A stretch of DNA of 32,000 bases from Aliivibrio fischeri ES114 (GTDB lineage Bacteria; Pseudomonadota; Gammaproteobacteria; Enterobacterales; Vibrionaceae), in assembly GCF_000011805.1 (NCBI RefSeq), contig NC_006841.2; one strand, written 5' to 3'. Below, in pieces: positions 10,117 to 18,479 of this stretch (position 1 is the stretch's first letter; every line of letters begins with the position of its first letter). Position numbers and translations under genes: made by a program. The notes below the pieces were generated by a model. That model was not told where the DNA came from. It made no database searches and saw only the letters and a list, made by a program, of their open reading frames with translations.

Positions 10117-10641
10117 ATGAAAAGGTTACTACCACTTTTGTTGCTAGGGGCAACTGCATCAGCGCAAGCAACAGACACTTTACACCAAATCTATATTCAG
10201 CCAAGTCTAGCAAACCTAAAAATTGATGGCTCTCATGGTAGCGCTTTAATGACTCAAGTGGGTTATAACTATCATTTCGCACCCATGATTGCGATGGATC
10301 TAAGCTATTACATGACAGCATCAATGAATGATATCGCAATGGATAATGACAAAGCATCGGCTACGGGTGCGACTATTGCAGCAAAAATGTATTTCCCAAT
10401 GTCTTATTATGGCTCTTTCTATGGGAAATTCGGTTTAAATCGTACCAATGTTGAATATCAATATAAAGAAGGTAATCAAACATTAAAACAAGAAGCGGTA
10501 TCAACTAAACCTTATGTTGCAGTAGGCACAGTAATGAAGCTGTTCCCTTCCGTTACCTTCAACGTTGAATACCAATATATGCCATTAGCTTCTGATGATT
10601 ACATCTCATCTATTGGTGCTGGTGTGAACTTTATGTTCTAG
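10117..10641 (+). CDS. Outer-membrane beta-barrel protein
   Basis: Signal peptide MKRLLPLLLLGATASAQA, alternating beta strands, terminal aromatic F (GAGVNFMF). Confidence 0.75.
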   Translation: MKRLLPLLLLGATASAQATDTLHQIYIQPSLANLKIDGSHGSALMTQVGYNYHFAPMIAMDLSYYMTASMNDIAMDNDKASATGATIAAKMYFPMSYYGSFYGKFGLNRTNVEYQYKEGNQTLKQEAVSTKPYVAVGTVMKLFPSVTFNVEYQYMPLASDDYISSIGAGVNFMF

Positions 10642-10655
10642 CTTTTAAAAAGCAT

Positions 10656-10696
10656 AAAAAAGGGCGCTTCCAATCACCTTGGAAGCGCCCTTTTTA
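10656..10696. terminator. Bidirectional terminator between beta-barrel gene and fruA
   Basis: AAAAAGGGCGCTTCCAA-TCACC-TTGGAAGCGCCCTTTTT: 12-bp perfect stem with A and T tracts. Confidence 0.9.
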
Positions 10697-10716
10697 TATC
10701 AATATAGCTTCATTTA

Positions 10717-12450
10717 TTAAGCTGCTGCAGCTTCTTTCGCATCCGCTTTATTTTTCAAGAAAGCGTAAGTGAAGCCTGTTACTGCTGTACCCGCTGCAAT
10801 GGCTACCAAATACATAAATACTGGCGTGATTGCGTTTGGAATAAGTAGAACAAATAGACCACCGTGTGGAGCAAGTAGTTGAGCGCCAAACAACATAGAC
10901 AGACCACCAGTTAATGCACCACCCGCCATACAGCTTGGGATAACGCGCATTGGATCTTTCGCTGCAAATGGAATCGCACCTTCAGAGATAAAGCATAAAC
11001 CAAGCACAAATGATGCTTTACCTGCTTCACGCTCACCCGCTTCAAACTTATTCTTAGCAAGGAATGTCGCTAAACCCATACCTAGTGCAGGAACCATACC
11101 TGCTGCCATGATAGCCGCCATTGGACCGTATGTTTGTGAAGCTAGAAGACCTACACCAAATGTATATGCAGCTTTGTTTACTGGACCACCTAAGTCGAAA
11201 CACATCATACAACCAAGAATCACACCCAGCAATACAGCGTTAGTTGATCCCATGTTGTTTAGGAATTCTGTTAACGCTGACATGATGCCAGATACAGGAC
11301 CACCAACGATGTAAATCATCACCAGACCAGTAAATAAACTCGCCACAAATGGAATGATTAAGATTGGTTTTAGCGCTTCCATTGATTGAGGAAGAGATAC
11401 TTTATCCGCAATGAATTTAGCAGAGTAACCCGCAATGAAACCAGCAGCAATACCACCAAGGAAACCGGCACCTGTTGAGCTAGCCAACATACCGCCGATT
11501 AGACCCGGAGCTAAACCAGGACGGTCTGCAATCGAGAACGCGATAAAACCAGCAAGAACAGGGATCATTAACGCAAATGCAGCGCCACCACCAATATCCA
11601 TTAAGGTTGCAGCAATAGTACCAGGCTCTTTAAACGCTTCAATACCAAATACAAAAGATAATGCAATCAACAAACCACCCGCGATAACAACAGGAAGCAT
11701 GTGTGATACCCCTGTCATTAGGTGTTTGTACATGCCTTTTTTCTCTTCAGTTTGAGAAGATTGTGTATTACCAGACGCTTGGAAAACCGTCGCATCAGCG
11801 AAGGCTTTATTCATCTCTTGTTCTGTTTTCTTTAATGCTAAACCAGTGCTTGTTTTATATAGACGTTTACCATTAAAACGCTCAAGAGGAACTTCAATAT
11901 CAGCTGCGATAATCACCAGATCCGCCTCTGCGATTTCTTGATCCGTTAATTGGTTTTTCGCCCCCACAGAACCACGAGTTTCTACTTTAATAATGTGACC
12001 TTGGCGTTTACCTTCTTCTTCTAACGCTTCAGCAGCCATGAAGGTATGTGCAACACCCGTTGGACACGCTGTGATCGCTACAATTTTTTTAGCGCCCGTA
12101 TCGTCAGCAACCACTATTGATGTCACTTCAGAAGCGGTTAATTCTTTTGCGCTGTTCGCTGCGTTTTCTAACCACGCTTGCGTATCTGTCGTACATTCCG
12201 AAATAGTGCCTGTATATACTTTTTTACCCACAAAACGAGCGGTATCTACTTCTGTATTTGCAGCGATGATAATAGCATCTGCACCATCAATCACTTCTTG
12301 GCTTAATACATCAACAGGTAACACGCTTGATTGGCATTCAATCGACGCAGTCCAATTTAATTTTTTTGCAGCTTGTTCTAATAAACCCGCTGCAATAATG
12401 CTGTTTGCTACACCACTTGGGCATGCTGTTACGATAGCTATGTTTTTCAT
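10717..12450 (-). CDS. fruA: PTS fructose transporter subunit EIIBC (EIIB'-EIIB-EIIC)
   Basis: Duplicate EIIB domains (AIVTACPSGVANS and AITACPTGVAHTFMAAEAL) followed by a multi-TM EIIC domain. Adjacent to fruK and fruB. Confidence 0.95.
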   Translation of the reverse strand: MKNIAIVTACPSGVANSIIAAGLLEQAAKKLNWTASIECQSSVLPVDVLSQEVIDGADAIIIAANTEVDTARFVGKKVYTGTISECTTDTQAWLENAANSAKELTASEVTSIVVADDTGAKKIVAITACPTGVAHTFMAAEALEEEGKRQGHIIKVETRGSVGAKNQLTDQEIAEADLVIIAADIEVPLERFNGKRLYKTSTGLALKKTEQEMNKAFADATVFQASGNTQSSQTEEKKGMYKHLMTGVSHMLPVVIAGGLLIALSFVFGIEAFKEPGTIAATLMDIGGGAAFALMIPVLAGFIAFSIADRPGLAPGLIGGMLASSTGAGFLGGIAAGFIAGYSAKFIADKVSLPQSMEALKPILIIPFVASLFTGLVMIYIVGGPVSGIMSALTEFLNNMGSTNAVLLGVILGCMMCFDLGGPVNKAAYTFGVGLLASQTYGPMAAIMAAGMVPALGMGLATFLAKNKFEAGEREAGKASFVLGLCFISEGAIPFAAKDPMRVIPSCMAGGALTGGLSMLFGAQLLAPHGGLFVLLIPNAITPVFMYLVAIAAGTAVTGFTYAFLKNKADAKEAAAA

Positions 12451-12480
12451 ATTCTGTCCTTAATCTATCACTAAGCTTTA

Positions 12481-13464
12481 TTACACGTTGCTAGAAATAG
12501 GGTTGTGTAGGGTTACTTGTTGTTGTAATTCTTGTACGTTTTTAATATCTGGAACACCAACGCCGACCTGCGATACAGCTAAAGCAGAAAGAGCGGTAGC
12601 AAAAGATAAGATTTGTGAACGATCCCAATCTTGCTGCATGTGGCCCCAGCAAAGACCAGCAACTAACGTATCACCTGCACCAACCGTGCTGACTACGTTC
12701 ATTTTAGGTGGTTGAGAATACATCCATTCAGCTTGCTCTTGATTATTTTGACCAAGCCACATCACCCCTTTTGAACCTAAAGATACGACGATATTTTCAA
12801 TGCCTTTTTCAGCAAGATCTTCAGCCGCTTGTTGACATGATTCTGGTGTATTTAATTCACGGCCTACAAATTCCGACAGCTCTTCATCATTTGGTTTAAT
12901 TAACCAAGGGTGAGCATCTAAACCTGCAGCTAGTGCAGCACGACTACTATCAAATAACACTTTCTTGCCCATTTGATGCAGTTTTTCAATCCACTCTGCG
13001 CACTGCTCTGGAGAAATACCTTTTGGTAAGCTACCCGCTAAAACAAAGAAGTCATGATCTTTTGCTAATTCAAATAGGCGAACTTCAAACTCAGCAATCG
13101 CCTGTTGTGATACCTCAACACCCGGGAAGTTAATGTCACTTACTCGCCCATCTGATTCAACTAACTTCACATTGATGCGAGTTGCACCATCAACACGAAT
13201 AAATTCATCTTTAGCCTTCATCTCTTCAAATAATTGACAGAAAAGCTCTTCATTATCACGGCCTAAAAACCCTGTAACCGTTACCTCTGCACCTAAGTCA
13301 GACAACACTTTTGCCACATTAACGCCTTTACCTGCGGCATGAAGTGAGCCTTTACTTATTAAACTCACAGAACCAACTGATAACGCATCTAAACTACCGG
13401 TTAAATCTAAAGCAGGGTTCAGGGTGATAGTTACGACTTTGCTTTTTAAATGAGTACTCATCAA
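12481..13464 (-). CDS. fruK: 1-phosphofructokinase
   Basis: PfkB-family motifs NPALDLTG, GKGVNVAKVLSDLGAEVTVTGFLG, VVSTVGAGDTLVAG. Located in the fru operon. Confidence 0.95.
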   Translation of the reverse strand: MMSTHLKSKVVTITLNPALDLTGSLDALSVGSVSLISKGSLHAAGKGVNVAKVLSDLGAEVTVTGFLGRDNEELFCQLFEEMKAKDEFIRVDGATRINVKLVESDGRVSDINFPGVEVSQQAIAEFEVRLFELAKDHDFFVLAGSLPKGISPEQCAEWIEKLHQMGKKVLFDSSRAALAAGLDAHPWLIKPNDEELSEFVGRELNTPESCQQAAEDLAEKGIENIVVSLGSKGVMWLGQNNQEQAEWMYSQPPKMNVVSTVGAGDTLVAGLCWGHMQQDWDRSQILSFATALSALAVSQVGVGVPDIKNVQELQQQVTLHNPISSNV

Positions 13465-14631
13465 TTAACCCTCGCCTAAACCAGAAGCAATCGCAGCACC
13501 AATACCAGCAAGCGCTTCTTTTGCATCAGCACCATCTGCGGTAAATTGCAGTTCATGGCCGTGTTTAACACCAAGAGCGATCACTTTCATTAAACTTTTC
13601 GCATTCACTGCGTTACCATCACCATTTACGTTTAATACGGTGATTTTTGATTCGTATTTTTTCGCTTCAGCAACAAGCATTGCACCCGGGCGAGCGTGTA
13701 AACCGTGCGCATTTTTAATTTTAAAGATTGCAGTGTTATCCGCATCAGCATTTACTGTTGTTTCTTCAGTAGAAGTAGAGAACATGGCAAGTAACTGTTC
13801 AGAAGTTGCAGATAGAATCGACTCTTGTTGTTGCTCAGTAATCGCCTTAGTGATCGTCGTTAAAAACGCTTGATGAGAAGCATTACAAGAAGCAATCGCA
13901 ATCAGACCTTTCACTGGTAATTCATTAAACTCACAACCATTTGCCGTGGTAACAATAGACATGCCTGAGCGTTTTACGCCTTTGTCCGTACTTACTAACC
14001 ATAAGCCTTTGCCTAAATGAGTCGGTTCTTTAGTTACCAGTTCAGCAACAAATGCGCTCTCTGCGTTACCGCTATTTTTTAATAAACCGCCAGCAACCGC
14101 ACTCATTTGGATCATGTCACTTGCAGGGAAAAGTAATTGAATAAGTGACGCATCAAAATCCGCTTCAAACTGAACTTCGCCATTTAATAATGCAATAATG
14201 TCAGCTTCGGTTTGTGCTTGTTTTAGCTTCTCTTCTACACCATCGGCTGACAACACTTTCGTTAATTGCTTAAGAATACCTAAGTGCTCATCTGATTTAG
14301 CCGCAATACCGATCGCCACATAAACCACATTATCATCACCCCAATTTACGCCTTGTGGAAAATGATGAATCGCGACCCCCGTCTGATTAACCAGTTCACG
14401 GGTATCAACCGTGCCATGTGGAATCGCAATGCCGTTACCTAAAAACGTTGAGTTTTGTTGCTCACGATTAAGCATTCCATCTACATAATTTTCTGCAACT
14501 AATCCTTTGGTTGCTAACTGTTTTGCAATTGCTTTTATTGCTGTTGTCTTATCCGCTGCTGACTGCTGCAGCGTAATGTCATTCTTTGTTAATGTCAGCA
14601 TGGGTCTTAGCCTCTCGCTATCTATGTTCAC
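13465..14631 (-). CDS. fruB: Fused PTS fructose EIIA / HPr (FPr) protein
   Basis: EIIA block FLGNGIAIPHGT and C-terminal HPr block IKNAHGLHARPGAMLVAEAKKY. Confidence 0.95.
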   Translation of the reverse strand: MNIDSERLRPMLTLTKNDITLQQSAADKTTAIKAIAKQLATKGLVAENYVDGMLNREQQNSTFLGNGIAIPHGTVDTRELVNQTGVAIHHFPQGVNWGDDNVVYVAIGIAAKSDEHLGILKQLTKVLSADGVEEKLKQAQTEADIIALLNGEVQFEADFDASLIQLLFPASDMIQMSAVAGGLLKNSGNAESAFVAELVTKEPTHLGKGLWLVSTDKGVKRSGMSIVTTANGCEFNELPVKGLIAIASCNASHQAFLTTITKAITEQQQESILSATSEQLLAMFSTSTEETTVNADADNTAIFKIKNAHGLHARPGAMLVAEAKKYESKITVLNVNGDGNAVNAKSLMKVIALGVKHGHELQFTADGADAKEALAGIGAAIASGLGEG

Positions 14632-14667
14632 TGATAATCAATCGTATTTATTGCCTTGCAAAACAAA

Positions 14668-14681
14668 CTGAATCGATTCAG
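14668..14681. promoter_or_regulatory. Cra/FruR-type operator
   Basis: Perfect 14-bp palindrome CTGAATCGATTCAG in the fruB-fruR intergenic region; matches the Cra TGAATCGATTCA consensus. Confidence 0.85.
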
Positions 14682-14775
14682 CAAAGCACTCAAAAAAAGT
14701 TCAACAAATTTATTTCTACGCATTAAATTCGCATTTATGAGTAAAAATAGCGCAAATATCACGCTTTTCAAATTT

Positions 14776-14791
14776 GCTGAATCCTTTCAGC
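14776..14791. promoter_or_regulatory. Cra/FruR-type operator (imperfect)
   Basis: GCTGAATCCTTTCAGC, near-palindrome with the same half-sites. Confidence 0.7.
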
Positions 14792-14798
14792 TTTTATA

Positions 14799-14812
14799 CT
14801 GAATCGATTCAG
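14799..14812. promoter_or_regulatory. Cra/FruR-type operator
   Basis: Perfect palindrome CTGAATCGATTCAG immediately upstream of the fruR leader. Confidence 0.85.
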
Positions 14813-14886
14813 CGTATAATTCAACACCTAAGCTGATTGGATCTATATTTCTATGATCCGAACCACAAAATTGAGGATCCTTACCC

Positions 14887-15864
14887 ATGACATTAGATGA
14901 AATAGCCAAACTTGCTGGCGTCTCCAAAACCACTGCAAGCTATGTCATCAATGGTAAAGCGCAGAAATATCGCATCAGCGAAAAGACACAATTAAAAGTC
15001 ATGGCAGTGGTTGATGAGCACAATTACCGCCCTGATCATGCCGCATCTGCATTGCGTGCAGGCAGTAGCCGTTCGTTTGGATTAATCATTCCTGATCTTG
15101 AAAACACCAGTTACGCCAAACTTGCTAAACTTTTAGAATTCAATTCAAGAAAAGCCGGTTATCAAATTTTAATTGGATGCTCTGATGATGATCCAGAAAC
15201 AGAAATGAATGTCGCCCACGCACTTATTAGCCGTCGTATTGATGCACTATTCGTTGCAAGTTGCTTACCTAATGGCAGTGATTACTACTTAGGTATTCAA
15301 GAAAAAGGCACACCAATTATTGCCATTGACCGTTCATTAGATGACGAGCATTTTGGTTGTGTGATCAGTGAAGATTTTGATGCGGCTTACGAGTTAACTA
15401 AATCGGTAGTTAATGAGAATGTAAAATCAATTGGCTTAATTGGTGCGTTACCAGAGCTGAATATTTCTCGTGAACGTCAATTAGGATTTGAAGCAAAGGC
15501 CAAAGAGAAAGGTTTAGCTAGCATCATGGGGTATGGCGAACACTTTAATAGTGAATCAGGCAAAGCAATTTTTGAACAATGGATAAAAAATGACACCATT
15601 CCCGATGCGATTATCACAACCTCTTATATTTTGCTTGAAGGGATTTTAGATGTACTCATTGAAAAGCCTGAGTTAATGACCAGAATAAAATTAGGCACCT
15701 TTGGTGATAACCGTCTATTGGATTTCTTACCCATTAAAGTTAACTCTCTACCGCAACAATTTGAGTTAATCGCAGACAGTGCCTTAGCATTGGGGTTGAA
15801 TGCCTCAGCAAAACGTTATCAAGCAGGAATAGAGTTAATTCCTAGGAAGATTGTTATTCGCTAG
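14887..15864 (+). CDS. fruR: Catabolite repressor/activator Cra (FruR), LacI family
   Basis: N-terminal LacI HTH MTLDEIAKLAGVSKTTASYVINGKAQKYRISEKTQLKVMAVV. Divergent from fruBKA with Cra-like operators between. Confidence 0.93.
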   Translation: MTLDEIAKLAGVSKTTASYVINGKAQKYRISEKTQLKVMAVVDEHNYRPDHAASALRAGSSRSFGLIIPDLENTSYAKLAKLLEFNSRKAGYQILIGCSDDDPETEMNVAHALISRRIDALFVASCLPNGSDYYLGIQEKGTPIIAIDRSLDDEHFGCVISEDFDAAYELTKSVVNENVKSIGLIGALPELNISRERQLGFEAKAKEKGLASIMGYGEHFNSESGKAIFEQWIKNDTIPDAIITTSYILLEGILDVLIEKPELMTRIKLGTFGDNRLLDFLPIKVNSLPQQFELIADSALALGLNASAKRYQAGIELIPRKIVIR

Positions 15865-15908
15865 TCGAAAAATTGGCTGTTGCGGCAGTCAATGTATATT
15901 CTAATTCT

Positions 15909-16535
15909 TTACCAAATACCAACGGGTACACCGTGCTCATCAATATAAGCTTGCGCTTCTTCGCTTAACTCTGGATAAACAAAATCATCAGCAACTTTAT
16001 ACTCTGCGGCTTGTACTTTGAATTGAAGTTCATTATCAAAACATCGATTATTTAAAAAAACAGAAATCATTCCATCAGGAGCTAAACCTAATAAAATATT
16101 ATTCTTATACGGTCTAAGTTTGTTACTTTTACCACACCGTATATCATGATATTCTCGCATTTTATTTCGCATATCGTCGGAAATCCTAATTGCTTTATCG
16201 TAAGTGACGTTGTTCGCCAATGAATGCCAACGAATATAAACTAATCCTGGTAACTCAGAACTTTGAATAACATAACCTGAATGATATCTTTCTCTTCCCT
16301 CCCAAGAGTTTGGATTCTTAGAAAACTTAGTATACTTTGTAACCATCCCTCTCCAGCCCCCTTGTTTTGTTTCACTTGTTATCAATAATATATCAATGTA
16401 TGCGGAGTAATATTTAGGGGCGACCGTAGATACTGTCCATTCATTTAACTGTTTCGATTTAATTTGGCTATTTGTTGAACAAGCAGAAACGAATAAACAA
16501 AAAATAATGAAAAAAGACTTATGAATGTTGCTCAC
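15909..16535 (-). CDS. DUF2931-like lipoprotein, candidate T6SS immunity protein, copy 1 (most distal)
   Basis: Lipobox in SFFIIFCLFVSAC; shared C-terminus YPELSEEAQAYIDEHGVPVGIW with the other three copies; encoded downstream of the effector. Start probably at GTG 16535; listed ORF begins at 16547. Family name assigned from memory of its association with Tle1 loci. Confidence 0.7.
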   Translation of the reverse strand: MSNIHKSFFIIFCLFVSACSTNSQIKSKQLNEWTVSTVAPKYYSAYIDILLITSETKQGGWRGMVTKYTKFSKNPNSWEGRERYHSGYVIQSSELPGLVYIRWHSLANNVTYDKAIRISDDMRNKMREYHDIRCGKSNKLRPYKNNILLGLAPDGMISVFLNNRCFDNELQFKVQAAEYKVADDFVYPELSEEAQAYIDEHGVPVGIW

Positions 16536-16540
16536 AATAC

Positions 16541-17215
16541 TCACCAAATACCAACGGGCACACCATGCTCATCAACATAAGATTGTGCTTCTTCGCTTAA
16601 CTCTGGGTAAACAAAATCATCAGCGACTTTATACTCTACTGCTTGTACTTTGAATTGAAGCTCATTATCAAAGCATCCACCATTAAGAAATACAGATATC
16701 ATTCCATCAGGAGCTAAACCTAATAAAATATTATCTTTATATGGGAGTAATAAATCATAATAGCCACAGCGTATATCGTGGTATTCACGCATTTTATTTC
16801 GTATATCTTCTGATACTTTAATCGTTTTATTATATGTTTTCTTGTTCGCTAATGAATGCCAACGAATATAAAAAGAAGCAGGTAATTCGTCACTATTAAT
16901 TGAATACCCTGAATGAAACCGCTCACCACCATCCCAACCTAGAAGGGCTTTCAGATTCCATATGTTGTGTGTTTTCCCTATCATTCCCCTTCATCCAACC
17001 TTTTTCTCCTCTCCACAATCCATAGCTATCCCAATTTAAGAATATATCCCCTACTTGACCTGGTGTGTAACTATTTCAGGGAGGAAGAATAGTCGCACAA
17101 TCGGTCCACTACATCTTAATTGTTTGAGATTTTAACTTTGAGGTTCCAGTTGAACCAGATGGAAACTAATTAAACCAAAAATAATGAGTAGAAATGTCTT
17201 ATGAATGTTGCTCAC
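16541..17215 (-). pseudogene. DUF2931-like immunity gene, copy 2, disrupted 5' half
   Basis: Only the C-terminal 147 aa (16541-16984) is open. The upstream segment to 17215 retains recognisable similarity to the other copies (GTGAGCAACATTCATAAGAC..., GAGGTTCCAGTTGAACC) but lies in shifting frames and is about 40 nt longer than expected. Confidence 0.75.
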
Positions 17216-17220
17216 CATTT

Positions 17221-17856
17221 TCACCAAATACCGACGGGCACACCATGCTCATCAACATAAGATTGTGCTTCTTCGCTTAACTCTGGGTAAACATAATCAT
17301 CAGCGACTTTATACTCTACTGCTTGTACTTTGAATTGAAGCTCATTATCAAAGCATCCACCATTAAGAAATACAGATATCATTCCATCAGGAGCTAAACC
17401 TAATAAAATATTCATCTTTATCATGGGCAGTAATAAATCCATAATAGCCACAGCGTATATCGTGGTCATTCACGCATTTTATTTCGTATATCTTCTGATA
17501 CTTTAATCGTTTTATTCATATGTTTTCTTGTTCGCTAATGGAATGCCAACGCAATATAAAAAGAAGCCAGGTAATTCGTCACTATTAATTGAATACCCTG
17601 AATGAAACCGCTCACCACCATCCCAACCTAGAGGGCTTTCAGATTCCATTGTGGTTTTTCCTATCATCCCCCTCCATCCACCTTGTTTCTTCTCTCCAAC
17701 AATCAATAAGATATCCCCTCTTACTGTGTAATATTTAGGAGAGATAGTCGAAATCGTCCACTCATCTAATTGTTGAGATTTAACTTGAGGTTCAGTTGAA
17801 CAAGAGGAAACTAATAAACAAAAAATAATGAGTAGAAATGTTTTAGCATTAATCAT
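17221..17856 (-). pseudogene. DUF2931-like immunity gene, copy 3, frameshifted
   Basis: N-terminal part open (MINAKTFLLIIFCLLVSSCSTEPQVKSQQLDEWTIST...) and C-terminal part open (LLGLAPDGMISVFLNGGCFDNE...VPVGIW) but in different frames. Multiple 1-nt insertions relative to copy 2. Confidence 0.8.
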
Positions 17857-17861
17857 GATTA

Positions 17862-18479
17862 TTACCAAATGCCTGTAGGCACGCCATGTTCATCAACATA
17901 AGCTTGTGCTTCTTCGCTTAACTCTGGGTAAACAAAATCATCAGCAACTTTATACTCTACGGCTTGTACTTTGAATTGAAGCTCATTATCAAAGCATCCA
18001 CCATTAAGAAATACAGATATCATTCCATCAGGAGCTAAACCTAATAAAATATTATCTTTATATGGGAGTAATAAATCATAATAGCCACAACGTATATCGT
18101 GATATTCACGCATTTTACGTCGAATATCATCAGAAATCCTAATTGCCTTATCATAAGTAACTTTATTCGCCAGTGAATGCCAACGAATATAGAGTAATCC
18201 TGGTAACTCGGAATCCTCTATAGTATATCCAGAGTGATAACGTTCAGCTCCACTCCAATTTAAAGGACCCAAGGATTCTGTAGTATAATTACTAACTAAA
18301 CCAGTCCATCCTCCACTTTTATTCTCTCCCGTAATAAGTAGGATATCCACAACTGCTGTATAATTTTTAGGTGATATAGTTGAAACAGTCCACTCATCTA
18401 ATTCTTGAGGTTCAGCTTGATATTCAGTGGAACAAGAGGAAACTAATAAACAAAAAATAACTAAAAGATATTTATTCAA
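17862..18479 (-). CDS. DUF2931-like lipoprotein, candidate T6SS immunity protein, copy 4 (effector-proximal)
   Basis: Intact 205 aa, lipobox LLVIFCLLVSSC, TTG start overlapping the effector stop (TTGA). Same fold/length as copy 1. Confidence 0.75.
   Translation of the reverse strand: MNKYLLVIFCLLVSSCSTEYQAEPQELDEWTVSTISPKNYTAVVDILLITGENKSGGWTGLVSNYTTESLGPLNWSGAERYHSGYTIEDSELPGLLYIRWHSLANKVTYDKAIRISDDIRRKMREYHDIRCGYYDLLLPYKDNILLGLAPDGMISVFLNGGCFDNELQFKVQAVEYKVADDFVYPELSEEAQAYVDEHGVPTGIW

Noticed and set aside
10112-10357. 81 aa minus-strand ORF opposite the outer-membrane protein gene
   Set aside because: The sense gene has a signal peptide, beta-barrel pattern and terminal Phe. The antisense ORF has no support.
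11108-12463. Antisense ORFs (11108-11314, 11435-11755, 12038-12463, +) opposite fruA
   Set aside because: They are shadow ORFs over a strongly supported fruA with no recognisable motifs; low-complexity composition mirrors the codon structure of the sense gene.
12488-13873. Antisense ORFs opposite fruK and fruB (12488-12715, 12708-12899, 12933-13133, 13640-13873)
   Set aside because: Fully contained in confident sense genes with no independent signal.
15909-18479. CRISPR array or phage repeat interpretation of the four repeated units
   Set aside because: Repeats are about 0.6-0.7 kb protein-coding units, not short direct repeats with spacers, and no cas or phage structural genes are present.
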